Shown: positions 27,880 through 52,560, counted from the stretch's first letter. The stretch: DNA of 64,000 nucleotides from Azolla caroliniana (GCA_043228905.1 JBHGNT010000014.1:15004001-15068000), one strand, 5' to 3'. A program made the numbers and translations. Notes: generated from the letters alone by a model not told the origin.

Positions 27880-29469
27880 CTTACTTTTAAACACACCCAA
27901 AAAGAATAGCTTACATACTTACCAATATAAATCCCCATATGTGGATGTGTACAGTAAACTTGTCGAATTCCTCAGTGGCTGAGAAGATCTAAGTGCCATG
28001 AACCAATATATGCCCCCTCAAATAAACTTCCATCGAATAGACATCCAGAGGAACATATGTTCATAGTTCCGTTGGTTCCTTCTGTGTCTTTTTGGAAATT
28101 TTATCGCAATGAGGATAAATCATTGCAATTATCGATCTTCAAGAAGGAATTCCTTGGGAAATTCTTTGTAGGGGCTTCTCTCTTTGTACTATGTATTTTC
28201 TGCACAGTATATGTATATATGTGTGTGCATTTCACTTTGTTTACTTTATATTTACCTTCAATGGATAATGAATTGTACATAGGACTGTATGATTCACATG
28301 AAAACAGTTTCCACACAAAGAAGTTGAAGTTAATATCTATGAAGTGGGCAGGTGCTCTACTTTACATTTTGTGTAACAAGTGTATTCTCCACAAGGATGG
28401 TTTGTGGTTAAGTCATTACAAGACAGAAATTTCAAATAAATCTTATTTTTATAAAGATATCAAAAAATGATATCGGATAACCTATCAATCATGTCTCTCA
28501 TTTGGCTAATCATAGATTTTCTATGTTGCAGCACAAGATAATATGATGACCTTTTATTAACAGTTTTTTATTTGTACCTAGCCCTTCTAGGAGGAGCCTT
28601 TCTGTAAATAATGTAAATGTAAATCATTTGCACGGTAGAAGAAACACAATCTTGCATGATATTGTGTCATCAGTTGATTTCAAAATTTTTATCACCAAAA
28701 TGTTTACATCACCCTACAATCATATGATGATGCGGATCCAGTCTATTACTTGCATATAAGAATGACATCATTTTTGGATCCACATGAAGCAATACTAAAA
28801 TTCTAATTCTAAGTCTATCTCATTATAGCAGGAAGACCAACTAACTATATTTTGCAATGACTACAATATAATGATCCCTTGGACAATATATTTAGTTCAA
28901 TAGAAAAGTTTACAGATAGTCATTGAATACGTGTATGTGTATATTTGAATAGCCACCCTTCGAAAAAAGTATGTACATTTTATGTCAGATAGTTACAAAA
29001 ATTTTCTAACAGAACATATCACTCAAATGAGCAGCCTAACCAATTATCGAGAAAGATATAAATTGCAAAGTAGGGAATCAATTTCTGATTTTGATGACCA
29101 GCCTCTTCACATGACATCCCAATGGAACAATCTCTTTGAGATGATCTATCTCAGTTTTTTACCATCAATAATATATATTCGTGCCTCAACATTTCTATTG
29201 AGATGCTTCTCAAGCATTCATTATGATTTCTGGAAGCTTGGAATTTGAAATATAAAACATTCTTCAACCTAGAAACATTAAGCATTTAAATTATGAGCCA
29301 AGTTTCAAACTCTTTTCAGTCAGCAGTGAATTCATGTCAAGTGTGTCATGGCACCTCAAAATGTGATCCCTGACTCATGCTTCAATTTAATGTTTTCATG
29401 TTTTATTATTTACTCTCAAAAACGTGAGTTTAAATTCTCGTGTTGACATATCCTAACCACACTTTCTCA

Positions 29470-31554
29470 TCAGAATATGCTGATTGTTAAAATGTTCATT
29501 TCCAAAGCTTCACAATCATCCACTTGTGATAAACACCCACTATACACCAAGAATTGTGGAACAGAACCAGAAGATGAAACCTTATCAAGCAAGGCTTTTG
29601 CCTGATCAAATTGCCCTGCACGAGCAAATAGATCAATCATACATGTGTAATGTTCAAGTATGGGAGTGAGACAATAAAAACCGCACATTTCATCAAATAC
29701 ATTTTCCCCCTCTTCCAAAAGACCTGCATGGCTACATGCAGTTAGCAAAACAATGAATGTGACCAAATTCGGGAGGACATTCTCTGTTCTCATCTTTCTA
29801 TACATGTCCAAAGCCACATTGGCTTGTCCTAACTGGGAATATCCTGTGATAAGAGATGTCCAAGAAACCACATTTCGTGTAGGAAGTTGTTCAAATACTT
29901 CTTGTGCCTTCTCCATTGCAACACACTTTGCATACATGCCTAGCAATGCATTAGCAAGAATAGTATCTCTCTGCAATAAACCTCGCTGTCTAACCTTTGC
30001 ATCTATTTCTTCTCCAACATCTAGTGATCCAACAACTGCACAAGCTTTCAATATGCAGATAAAAGTTATTTCATTCGGACAAACTCCCCTGTCTTGCATT
30101 TCACTGAAGCACTTAATAGCTTCATCATTGAGCCCATTCAGAGAATATCCAGCAATTAAGGCATTCCAACACACAACATCTTTCACTGGAAGCTGTTCAA
30201 ATACTTCTCGTGCTTTCTCTAATGCGCCACATCTGAAGTACATGTCTACCAATGTAGTTCCAAGAACAACATTATTTTGCAACAAGCCTCTCTTTCTAAC
30301 CTCAGCATCTATATTTTCCCCAATCTCCAAGCATCCTATATTGCCACAAGCTTTCAAAACACAAATATATGTTACAACATTTGGATAGATTCCTTCATCT
30401 TGCATCTGTCTGAAGCATCCGAGAGCTTTATTACCAAGACCATGATCAGTATATCCAGTGATGAGGGCAGTCCAAGACACCACGTCATGTGCTGGAAGTT
30501 GTTCAAATACTGCTTGTGCTTTTTCTATAGGGCCACATCTACAATACATGTCTATCAACGCCGTGCCAATCCCAACGTCTTTTTTTAATAACCCTTGCTT
30601 CGTGATTTCAGCATGTATATCTTCTCCGATCTTTAGAGCTCCTACAATGCAACACGCTTTTAAAATGCACATATAAGTCACGACATTTGCGCATATACCC
30701 TCATCTTGCATCTGTCTGAAGCATTTCAATGCTTCATCACCACGTCCATGCATGACATATCCATCTATCAAAGTTGTCCACGCTACAACATTCCGTACTG
30801 GTAGCTCTTTGAACACTCCATGTGCTTTCTCCAGCACACCACATTTAGCATACATGTTTACCAATGTAATACCAAGCACAATATCTTTCTCTAATAGGCC
30901 TTGCTTTCTAACCTCGGCATCTATTCTTTCCCCAATCTCAAGAGATCCAACAATACCACAAGCTTTCAAAATGCAAGCATACGTGATGGCATTTGGAGAA
31001 ACTCCCTCATCTTGCATTTGTCTGAAGCATTCTAATGCTTCATGACCAAACCCTTGCGTGGTATATCCAGTGATGAGGGCAGTCCAAGACACCACATTTC
31101 GTGCCGGAAGTTGTTCGAACACTTCTCGTGCTTTGTGGAGCAAACCACATTTGGCATATGTGCTCAGTAAACTGGTGCCAATATAAACATCCTTATGAAG
31201 TAACCCCTTCCCAAAAAGATCGGCATGGATCGTTTGGACCTTCCATATGTTCTTCTCTTTTCCACATGACTTGATGAGGTTCAAAACAGCGATACGATCA
31301 TGAACGCAAGCCCTTTGATCCATCTCATCCACATGAAAGCTTCTGCTAGAACTTAACGCAGGTTGACTTATGTCACCTATCAATCCACAGCGACCTTCTT
31401 GTACGGGCGAATACACGACATCTGGGATCTGTGATGAAAGGGAAGCGAAGAAACACACGTGAATCTAACTGTATTGAGATAGGATGGAGGGGAACATTAA
31501 GATTGGAAGGATTACCTTAGTGTTGCTCCCATGAATGGGCGCAAGGGGGGACAT
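29470..31554 (-). CDS. PLS-class pentatricopeptide repeat protein (organellar RNA-editing factor type) with a frameshifted, decayed E domain
   Basis: Probable exon 1 at 31554-31516 (MSPLAPIHGSNTK, donor AAG|GTAAT), an 87-nt intron with a polypyrimidine tract and CAG, then exon 2 at 31428-29470. Four 102-aa P-L-S triplets (VVSWTALITGY / TY.CILKAC / LGT.LVDMY.KCG) plus P2-L2-S2 (LLTACSHAGL, EHYTCMIDLFARAG). The E motif continues only in a shifted frame that contains stops. Confidence 0.88.
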
Positions 31555-31653
31555 GGATTCAATCCGTTTTTCTGATTGTTGTGGGCACAAGGGAGGACAT
31601 GGATTCAATCCGTTTGTCTGATTGTTGTGGGCACAAGGGAGGACATGGATTCA
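31552..31653 (-). promoter_or_regulatory. 46-bp tandem repeat containing the PPR start codon, creating two 13-aa uORFs
   Basis: ATGs at 31646, 31600 and 31554. The first two read MSSLVPTTIRQTD* and MSSLVPTTIRKTD*; the third reads MSPLAPIHGSNTK into the splice donor. Confidence 0.75.
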
Positions 31654-31769
31654 CCTGCTTTTTCTGAATCTGTTTTTGTTAGCAGAAAACAGAGAGTGTG
31701 TGAAGGAAAAGATCCATCCAATTAAGGAGAGAGATTAGTGTAGGGAAAATGAGGCCCAACCATTTTTGG

Positions 31770-33012
31770 CTATAGCCAATTAATTAATTAATTAATTAAT
31801 TTGTCAATGGAGGTGCATAACCATTGCCTAATTTCTTGCTTAAATTCCATTTTCTGGCTAAAAAATTTATCAATTGTCTAATCTCTTGCTTAAATTTCAC
31901 AAACCATTTTTGGCTACAAATTAAGGGGTGCCTAACTCAAGGCAACTATTATTAATTATCTAATTTCTTGCTTAAATTTCACCAAGCCTTCTTTTGTTTT
32001 GTTTTTTTGGCTAAAAAGCACTTAATAAATTAAAGTGAATGAATCATCGCCTTACCTCTTCTTCTTCTTCTTTTGCCTCAATGTTATTTTGAATCCTATA
32101 TATTCTTATATACCCCTAAGATTTCATTTGTAGGTATGCCTCCCAAAGAAATAATTAGAGAGTGTTTGAGAGAAAAATATTGTGAGAGTTGTGAGGTGTA
32201 AGTGTCGTAAACACTTTGTATATTTTTTCCCCTTTAGTAAAACGATCTGTAGCAGGTTTGGAAATGTAGGCAGGATTGGCCAAACTCAGTTATCAAAGTT
32301 GTGTGTATTTTATTTCCATTGTTATTTCGTGCTCTCCCCAATCCATTTTATATTGAAATTGGAGTGGGAGTGATGGTTGTAGATGAAGGAAAGGTGAAAC
32401 TCGAGAAGTTCAATGGAGCAAAGTTTGAATTATTTTGGAAGATGCAAATCAAAGATTATTTGTACAAGAAAAAGTTGTATCAATCTCTCTCAGAAGAAGC
32501 TGGAGGGTATAAAAGATGTGATGGGATATGATCGAAGATTTGTGAGGACGGTACGCGAAAATGTACAGACAGAACGAGAAAACAACAAATACTCGAAAAT
32601 ACACAATGCAAACAGTTTTTACGTGGAAACCCTAAAACGGGGAAAACTACCGGAACAAAGATCCACTGTACAAATGGAGAATACAGAAAACGGTTACAAC
32701 TCTTCTTTGATGCTCAAAGGATAACCTCTTAGGGTTCTTGGCAAGTTTGTTGAACTCTACCGCCACCCTCTCACACACACTCTCTACACAACACTTAGCT
32801 ATATTCTACTCTTTTTGTTCTACACAGTTCTACACACTAAAGCTTTGCCCTAAGTGTATTTATACTTATACACCATATGGGCTATTTACAAATGTAGCCC
32901 CTCCTACTTTCACTTCTATTATTATAGTAGTAATAATAGCAGTTAGTCAAGCGACTCCTGAGTCGACTGTCCAGTCGGCCCAACTAGTCGATCGTGTCTT
33001 CGACTTGGATCA

Positions 33013-33067
<55 letters not shown>

Positions 33068-34090
33068 AATTCTCCCTCAGTTGACTCTCCGTGTCTTTGT
33101 ATGTCGGCTCATAGCTCGAACAGTCGGCTACCCCTTGTCTTCGATCATCGGCCCTTACTCAACCGAACGACCGGCTCCTCTCACTGGAGGGACATATTCC
33201 TAACAAGATGAAAATTGGTCTCTTCTTGACAAACAAACCCTCTGAGTTATCTAATAGACATTATCCCGCAATGTTTCTTTCCACATTGGAAAGGTAAGGA
33301 CAATGGTGTGTCTCTCCAGTGTGTATGAGAGGCCATTAAGCTCTAACAAAGTACATTAATCATGTTTTGTAGAGATTCAATGTGGGTGATGCCAAGCTAG
33401 TTAGTACACCCTTGGCAAGTCACCTTCACTTATAAAAGGATCAATCCCCTTACACAAAGGAAGAGGGAAAGTTCATGGCTAAGGTTCCTTAAGCCTCAAC
33501 CATCGGGAGTTTGATGTGTGCAATGATCTATACGAGACCAGACATTGGCCATGCAATGGGAATTGTTATCATAAGTATTGGGAAAGCTCATTGGAAAGAA
33601 GTAAAGTGGATTTTGAGGTATCTACAAGGCACCACAATGAAGTGTTTGTACTTTGGTAAGGGTGAGTTAAAAATACAAGACTACGTAGTGCAAATTTTAA
33701 AGGTGAAGTCGATCACAAGAAAAACATGATTGGTTATATTCATTGTTGGATGCCACAATTACAGAAGATTATCACTCTATCCAGTACAAGGGTGACTATG
33801 TATTGATGACTAAAGCTGGTAAGAGATGACATAGCTTCATGGTTTGTTAACTGAGTTGGGATATGGCTTCAAGGAAGTGAGCCCCAACCAATATTGGCCA
33901 AAAATAAGGGGTGCCCGGCTAAACCAATTGTCAATGGGAGTGCATTAACCATTGCCTAATTTCTTGCCTCAATTTCACCAACCCATGTTATTTTGAATCC
34001 TATATAAACCCCTAAGATTTTATTTGTAGGTATCCCAAAAAAATTAAAGAATTAGAGAGGGTTAAAAAAGAAAGAGAGAAAGAAATATTA
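31770..34090 (+). mobile_element. Degenerate, internally deleted Ty1/Copia LTR retrotransposon
   Basis: Gag start MVVDEGKVKLEKFNGAKF..WKMQIKDYLYKKKL at 32372. RT fragment STPLASH..IGSLMCAMIYTRPDI..HWKEVKWILRYLQGT at ~33400-33640. RNaseH-like LHGLLTELG at ~33835. LTR-like direct repeats (tgtcaatgg..accattgcctaatttcttgc; tgttattttgaatcctata..ccctaagattt) at ~31800/32080 and ~33930/33985. Confidence 0.85.
32519..33205 (-). mobile_element. Solo LTR (687 bp, TG...CA) nested in the Copia gag, with a 5-bp TSD AGATG
   Basis: AGATG at 32514-32518 and 33206-33210. Removing the insert restores gag EGIKDENWSLLDKQTL. Contains (TA)n at ~33016-33064. Confidence 0.88.
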
Positions 34091-36069
34091 ACACCTTTTG
34101 ACCCATGAGGCAATTGATTACAATAATGGGTATTTGTACAGGTATTTGTACACAATCATCGAAAATAATAAATAAATAAAACATAAATAAAAGAGTTTTA
34201 GCATGGCACACAATATGTTGTGTTGTAACATGTTCTATGAAGGAATTTGCTATGTGTCAAAACTAATTTCATTTCTATCCAAGCCTCTTCAAAAGGAGCG
34301 GTGGATGGAAGGGTTTCGATGCGAGTGTGGCCCGTGGTCTCGATGTACAAATGGTATATGGTACAGAGCTTCTAAGCAGGGTAACTCACATTCCATTATC
34401 TTCTTAATTGCTTTGGCACGACAAGTGACGTTGATGCCCAATGTCGTGATGTGGTGTGCCCGAAGGTGGAGACTTGGGGAAAAAGGGAAAAAAAAAAGTG
34501 GTGGTCTCCGACTTCACCAAGCTTGTTACGTGGTGGCATAAAAAGGGGGATTGGTTAGCTTGCATACTTACCGTATGAAGGGAGGACAGAGTGATTGAGA
34601 ATATTACTTTGAACTGAGGCATCGTAACTGTCGAAAGTAATTACAGTCGATGGCCCACTCTACTCACAATCACCAGAAGCTTCAACCGTTTCCTACTTTC
34701 ATTTCCCATCTTGAATTAATGGTTTAGTTACCAACGTTGTAATCCTCCACTCAAACATTTGTATACTCTATTTTATAAAGGGTTCTTTCTCAATCTAGCG
34801 TTCAGCCTAACAAGAGGCTTGTTTCAATCTTAAATTTGTGTAGAACCTTCATAATCTTGTGCTCATTATGTTAATCTCATGTTTTGAACCTATCCTTGAA
34901 CCTTAATCATCGTTCTACTACGTCAGAGTGAGAGGGGAAAGGAGAGGAATATGTCGCACCCATCGACCCCTCGGATCCTTAGACTTGTCCCTTCCTTCAA
35001 CCCATTGGAGCCATTGACTCCCTTGATCTTTCAACTCGTGGGAGCCTACGTTTTGCCCATCTAATCATTGTGCCTTGAGGCCCCTCTCAAGTAACACACA
35101 CACATGAGTTTTCGCATCACTGGTATCTGAGGGAATTTCATTATTCTTCAATTTTTTGTTTCAGTGATGGAGAGGCCGAGTGGTGCAGGTGTGTCCACAT
35201 TCATCGTCCTCCTTGTCCCTAAAAAATTTAAATTGTGATGTGTTGGTGAGTATTAGATAGGTTATGATTAACATTTTGTAGCTTATTATCTCTATTTCAT
35301 TTTAAGTCTAAGATATACCTACCTAGTGTCTTTATGTTCGAAGTATCCAATAGTTGGGAGGGGGTCCAAGTATGTCTTGGTATTTTCCCTCACGTCAATG
35401 TAAGTTGAACATTTGCATGTAAAGTGATGCTCATCTTCTATATATATGTGACATGATGTACATATCCTTTCTTCTCTAGGAACTCCATTAGAACGACCAT
35501 TTTCAATCTAAAGTTGGTGGGATGATACTCTAAATTGTCCGATGGCAACCCTTAGTGCATTTGATAAGAACATATCTATATATTTTGGTAGTATAATAAA
35601 ACCGTACTTAGATAAATGTATGGAGTGTTTCTAATAGTACAACATTTTAAATGGGAGTGGTTGTAATGAGTTGATCCATTTATGTCGAGTATAAATTTTC
35701 CATATTTCTTGGCTTATCACTTTATTACGATCTTCATGAGATATTAAAGTCTTATCGGTCTCATGGTCATACCTAACATGGGGTATATTATTAATGTCTA
35801 GGCTATTTGCGAAAAACCAACTTACCACAATACTATACCAATAGCTAGTATCTCCACACTCATAGAGTAATCAGGATGCCTTGAAAGCTTGATAGGATAT
35901 CCTATCTTGTGATTGGCTATGTATCTTATTAATAAAAACGACTACCTAAAAAAGTGTTTCTACTAGCATAGGGGGTATAATTTGAACTCTACTCTAATGA
36001 TTTCATGTGGCACTATTGATTTGCTTCGGATTTGTCGTGGTAGCATCGTAACCTTGCAAGGGTAGTGAA

Positions 36070-36178
36070 GTGCAATTGTATATTTTTTCCCTTTAATAAA
36101 ATTATCTCTAGGAAGTCCAAAGATGTAGGCACAATTGGCCAAACTTCGTAACCAAAGTTGTGCGTGTTTTATTTCCAC
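36070..36178 (+). mobile_element. Additional LTR fragment related to the Copia LTR at ~32215-32320
   Basis: ttgtatattttttcccttta.taaaa...atgtaggca..attggccaaact..gt.a.caaagttgtg.gt.ttttatttcca is shared between the two sites. Confidence 0.6.
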
Positions 36179-37951
36179 CGTAATGTGGTTTATAAGGAAA
36201 TTGATGTAATTTTCTCAAGAGAGAGGACATGGCTTCACATTTTTTATTGTCGCCAGCATCACATATTCTCTACCTGAGCCAATTGGGTGTCAACTAAAGA
36301 TTTAAACACCAGTAGTGGTAGGAAGGAGTGATCAAGATTCACATGGATGCATATGTGGCACATACTATCAAATTGAGTGCAAGATTTGATGGGCGTTAAT
36401 GCAATCATGAAAGGAAATCATAATGGCAAATGACCATTGTTCCAAGAAAACAAACATGGGGACTTCTTCTTCTTCTTCTTTTGATGTCAACCATATGTGC
36501 TAGCCATAAACCATCACAAAATCATCGTTAAAGAAATCTCTACTACATGTACAATAGAGTATGCTTGTCATACAATCATGGGTCGAAAAAATGAGGGGTC
36601 AGCTTCAATATATCTGCGTTTATGCAACTTCAAATCAAGAATCATAAAATCTATGTTGTGTTGAAACACTTTAGTTGAAATGAACACCTCCCATTAATGA
36701 AGCTTACCTAGAGTTCAAGCTTCCCTATTTTTAAGGCCCCAAAAGAATGTCCACGATGGATGCTAGGTATTTATTATGGACTCAACAATTCTAGACCTTG
36801 CCATTAGGTCTAGAACAAGATATAGTAATGAGTGGGATTCAAGGGAAATACAAAGTCCCAAGTTAATAGGTGGTAGATTGTTTCATTCAAGTTGAATACA
36901 TCTCAACAGTAAATGATAGGTGGCATGCAACATGTAGCAACATAGGTTCTTTAGTCACTCGATTGTAAGAGATGATATCAATACATTCTAGCATCACAAA
37001 AATAGCTTGACAACTTCCCCTTTCTGTGCACACTTTGATCAATTATGTTTTATCAATCGTTATTATGCTCAACAAGGATGGTTTCTTCGAGAAACTACAT
37101 ATTCTTTGGGGATATTGTTAACTTCCATAAGGATAGATGAAAGCCACAAAGAATGGACAAACAATTCTCTAGACATTAGGTTTTGTGGTAGCATGCTTTC
37201 ATGACAACGAAGTTCCAAAACCCCTTTTTTTTTACTAGCGATGAGCTTAAGTACATTTGTGATGTATCACTACTCAAAAAGCGATAATGCAATATGCCTT
37301 CCCTGTCTATGGAGTTTTACTGATGTGTTGATCACGTTTTTGAGCCCAATGTGTCACATACTGTAAAAATAGAATACATATCTAAAGATACTGATAATAT
37401 CAGAAGTAAGAAAATGCAGCATGCTCCTTTTTGCCAATTGGAGAAGCTATGATAACGAAATGGCTATATCGTAAAGTAATTTCAAGCCCAAATTGCCTCC
37501 ATGCTCTATCAAAACTGTGGGGAAATATGATGCATTTCCAAAGCTTCTAGAACATGTTCAAGAGACATTTACACACAATGATTACCTACAAACCTTACCA
37601 TTAAAACAATATAGCTTCTTAAAACAATGGAAGCGAAACGTTAATTACTTTTTCTGTATCAAATTATACATCTCTTTCGTAGTGATAATAGTTGGGAAAC
37701 TACAAAGTACAATCCACCCTAGGGTAGTTAATTATTACACCATATGAAAATCATCTGAAACTCTCTTTACCACTTAGGCTGGGCTAACTAATCTAGACCA
37801 TATTTGGATTTGAAAAAAAATTATTATTGTACATATCAGCCTCCAAACTCTCTTACCACTCGGTTGGGTTTGGCAATGAAGGCTTCTTTACAGGTGGAAC
37901 ATATTTACATTCTTTTGACATGGTCATGCCTATAGCTCCAATGCCAATCGG

Positions 37952-49169
<11,218 letters not shown>

Positions 49170-49639
49170 CTGGTGAATCCGAAAGGCTTTCACTCTCTTT
49201 TATCCTAAAATTGGATGGATGAATTTTACGGAAAAATGTTGAAGTTTTACCATCTTCTGTGATGCTAAGAATTGAAGGATGAAGTTCACAACTGTCTTCT
49301 ACACTGCTGAGAATTGAAGGATGAATTTCTCGAAAAAGTGTTTTAAGTGATAATGTCTTATGCACAGCTAACAACTGAAGGAAAAATTTATAAAGAAACA
49401 AAATGTTATCCTTCTACTTTCTTGTTGTACTTCTAACAATTTAGGAATGGGTATAAGCAAAAATGTTGAGCGTGTTTTCACTTTCTTTTATACACCTTCA
49501 TCGTGTGTGGAAGCCACCTTTTTGTCTATATTTGAGCTGATTGTGCCTGCGTGCAGAGAGCTTCTGTGCACATGGCCATGGAAACTGATTGAGCTCAGAG
49601 CAAAAGCTTCAAAGTTTTGAATCTTTTATTGAGCGTCTT

Positions 49640-50825
49640 AATTATTACTTCGGACATTAATAATGAGAAAGAAAAAGAGATGATGCAGAGGAAGAGGAAG
49701 AAGATGATAATGATGATGATGATTAAACGTAAGTTTCAAAAGCGATGGCGAGGAAGATGGTGATGATGATGAAGACAAAACGAAAACTTCAGCCAGAACA
49801 AGGAGATGCGGCGTTTCTTTATTACTTCTGACGCTCATACAGCGATGGCGAGGAAGAATAAGACGATAATGATGATTACGATGAAACGAAAACTGCTGCG
49901 AGAATAAGACGATAATGATGATGATGAAGACAAAACGAAAACTTCAGCCAGAATAAGGCTGATGCTTCGTTTTCTTTTTACTTCTGATGCTCCTACACTG
50001 ATGGCGGCGAGGAGGAGGAGGAGGAGGAGGAGGAAGAAGAAGAAGAAGAAGAAGAAGAAGAAGAAGGAAGCGATAGTGACGAATCGAAAGCTTCTGCGAG
50101 AACAAAGGAGATGCGCCGTTCCTTTTCCTTTTTTTATCTTGCGATGTTCATACAGAGATGGCGAGGAGCAGGAGGGAGAAGAAGAAGAAGAAGAAGAAGA
50201 AGAAGGCGATGGCGATGGCGATGGCAATGGCGATGGCAGGTGGAAGGTTCTGCGACGGCATCTAAAAAGAATTGAATCGAAGGAACCATAGGTCCAAACG
50301 GCGGACGGCGATGGCGATGGCGATGGCAGGTGGAAGGTGGAAGGTTCTGCGACGGCATCTAAAAAGAATTGAATCGAAGAAGCCATTGGTCCAAACAGGC
50401 GATGGCGATGGCGATGGCGATGTCTCAGAGAATGTATGTATGTTATGTATGTATGAGTGTATGTATGTATGTATGTATGTGGAGGGCAAATGACATGGAA
50501 GCTTCTAGAGAATTTGGAGAGGAGAAGGAAAACAAAAGAGAGAAGAAACTTGCATTGTTTTTTTTCGAAGCACAATATGGAAGAGAGAGAGAGAGAGCTG
50601 GAGACCCGAACACGAACACGGACACGGACACTGACAATCCATGCAAGGGGGCGGGTGCCTTTTGAGAGTAGAATTATAAGAGTATCGTATGTCTGCTCGA
50701 CTGGTAAGAGAGAGAGGGCTGGAGACCCGGACACAAACACGGGCACCGACACCGACACCGACAATCCATGCAAGGGGGTGGGCGCCTTTTGAGAGTAGAA
50801 GTATAAGAGTATCATATGCCTACCG
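49640..50825. repeat. Nested tandem duplications with (GAT)n, (GAA)n, (GGCGAT)n and (ATGT)n microsatellites upstream of the IRE-like gene
   Basis: gatgatgatgaagacaaaacgaaaacttcagccagaa x2; ggtggaaggttctgcgacggcatctaaaaagaattgaatcgaag x2; gctggagacccg...gacaatccatgcaaggggg.ggg.gccttttgagagtagaa.tataagagtatc x2. Confidence 0.85.
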
Positions 50826-51949
50826 ACTGCTAAGAGTTTTACTAGTTATTTTAAGCAAAAATATAAGAAATCGTAGATCAACGAAAAAGGAATCCGGCGA
50901 TACCCAGAGATGGACATGAACCTCCTGGATGTCCCATACCATTGCGTGTATGTAATTGATGTGAGCCATACATTGGTTTCCACGAGGATTGCATGTGCTT
51001 AGCCAACAAAGTGGCATAGCCCACTCTGACATAGTCTCGACGTAAGTCAAGCCTCGTTGATTAAGAAGGCAGATAAGGTAGCCTTCTTATATAGGTAGAA
51101 ACCACCTAGCCCCTAGTATGTTCGCATACTTTGACTACTTCATGTTCATCATAAGAGGGAAAATATGGGAATTACATGGATTTCATGGGATCATTTCGGT
51201 GATTCTACGATTTTGAAATTGGAGATGCATTATGATGTCTTGTAGATTTCCGTTTACTATATGAGATATGTGTTGACAATATCAAACCGTAGGAATATAT
51301 GATGCAACATTTTATTGAGAAGAAAGATTGGTGTGTGGGAGGGAGTATGGAGATTTGGGCATCGTGGTGACAATGGTTGAACAGAAGCATTCCTCTTCAA
51401 GTTCAATAGGCGTTAAATAGGTGGCAAGATCTTGGCTAGAGGCTTTTGTTGTATTTTTGAATGAACATTATCAAATAGTTGAGATCGATGTAATTCATAA
51501 TAAAAGGAGTTACTAGCTCATTCTCAATTGTTACATTGGCAGGGAAACAAAATTGAGATCTAGTTCAATTGGTTTAGGGTTTAGGGTTTCCTTTAGGTTC
51601 ATCCCTAAGAGGCAAGAGTTCGTCCCTTCTACGTGGAGATATTTATAAAAAAAAAGACAAGTTTTGTCTTCATGTTACTTGATGTTTGGACAATGAAAAC
51701 CTTAATTTACCCTAGAGCCATGGATGGAGTATTTATGATATTTTACTTACATGATTTTCCCAATTTAAGATACCCTTTTGTTATGATCTTCTATTTGTTT
51801 ACTCAAATTTTCACCTTTTACAATAGCCCTTTTGATGAGATTATATTTTGTTTACATGATTCTCCACTTTTATGTTTACCTTATTTATGATACTTTACTC
51901 ACTCCATTTTCCTCTCTTGTGCACTCAACTTTACATTGTTGTGCCCAAT

Positions 51950-52560
51950 CGGCCTCGAAAAAGTGATCAGATGTGTCTCTAGATTGAGCATATATACCAT
52001 GAAATCAATATCCCTTATTTTCTCCTATTACAACAGAAAACCCAATGTAGTCAAACTCATATGCTTTTGCTCTCTTTCAATGCTCAATTGTCGCATTCAC
52101 CAGAAATAATGAAAACCCAATGTCATTTGGGGAAATGAAGAAAATTGGGAGATAGATATCTTCAAGTTTATGAGATTCTTGATGAATCGTACGTATACTT
52201 TTTTTCATGAAAAATACAAGCACTTTTGAAGAGATGAAAAAAAGGAGAATTTCATGAAGCGCTTTGATAATTTCACGCACTATCTTTTGATTTTTCCAAA
52301 TGGCAATCTAAACTCCATGGAATCAACAATGCTTTGTATACTCAAAAGGGCCCCCATGCATATTCAACCACAAATCCTTATTTGTGTTTCATTTCTTTTT
52401 TGCTTCTATCCCCTCTACAACAGTCATTGGAAAATCTCATTCATCAACAATGCGTATCAATATTGTGAAAATGTCCAAAATAGCAACACGTATATGGAAG
52501 ACATTCGTCCATTGCACAAAGATGGAAATGTGATCCAACTTTTTACATCATGGGGGATCA
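51950..52560 (-). mobile_element. Possible decayed Mutator-like transposase remnant
   Basis: Minus-strand fragments REIIKALHEI, NATIEH (~TN.AIESYH) and GEIRDIDFMVYML (~GRRVDWLIY.L), with many stops. Confidence 0.3.

Noticed and set aside
29484-31045. Several plus-strand ORFs up to 211 aa
   Set aside because: Antisense shadows of the PPR repeats.
49835-50815. 326-aa minus-strand ORF and overlapping plus-strand ORFs
   Set aside because: Composed of microsatellites and tandem duplications with several frames open. No domain is recognisable and it does not start at ATG.
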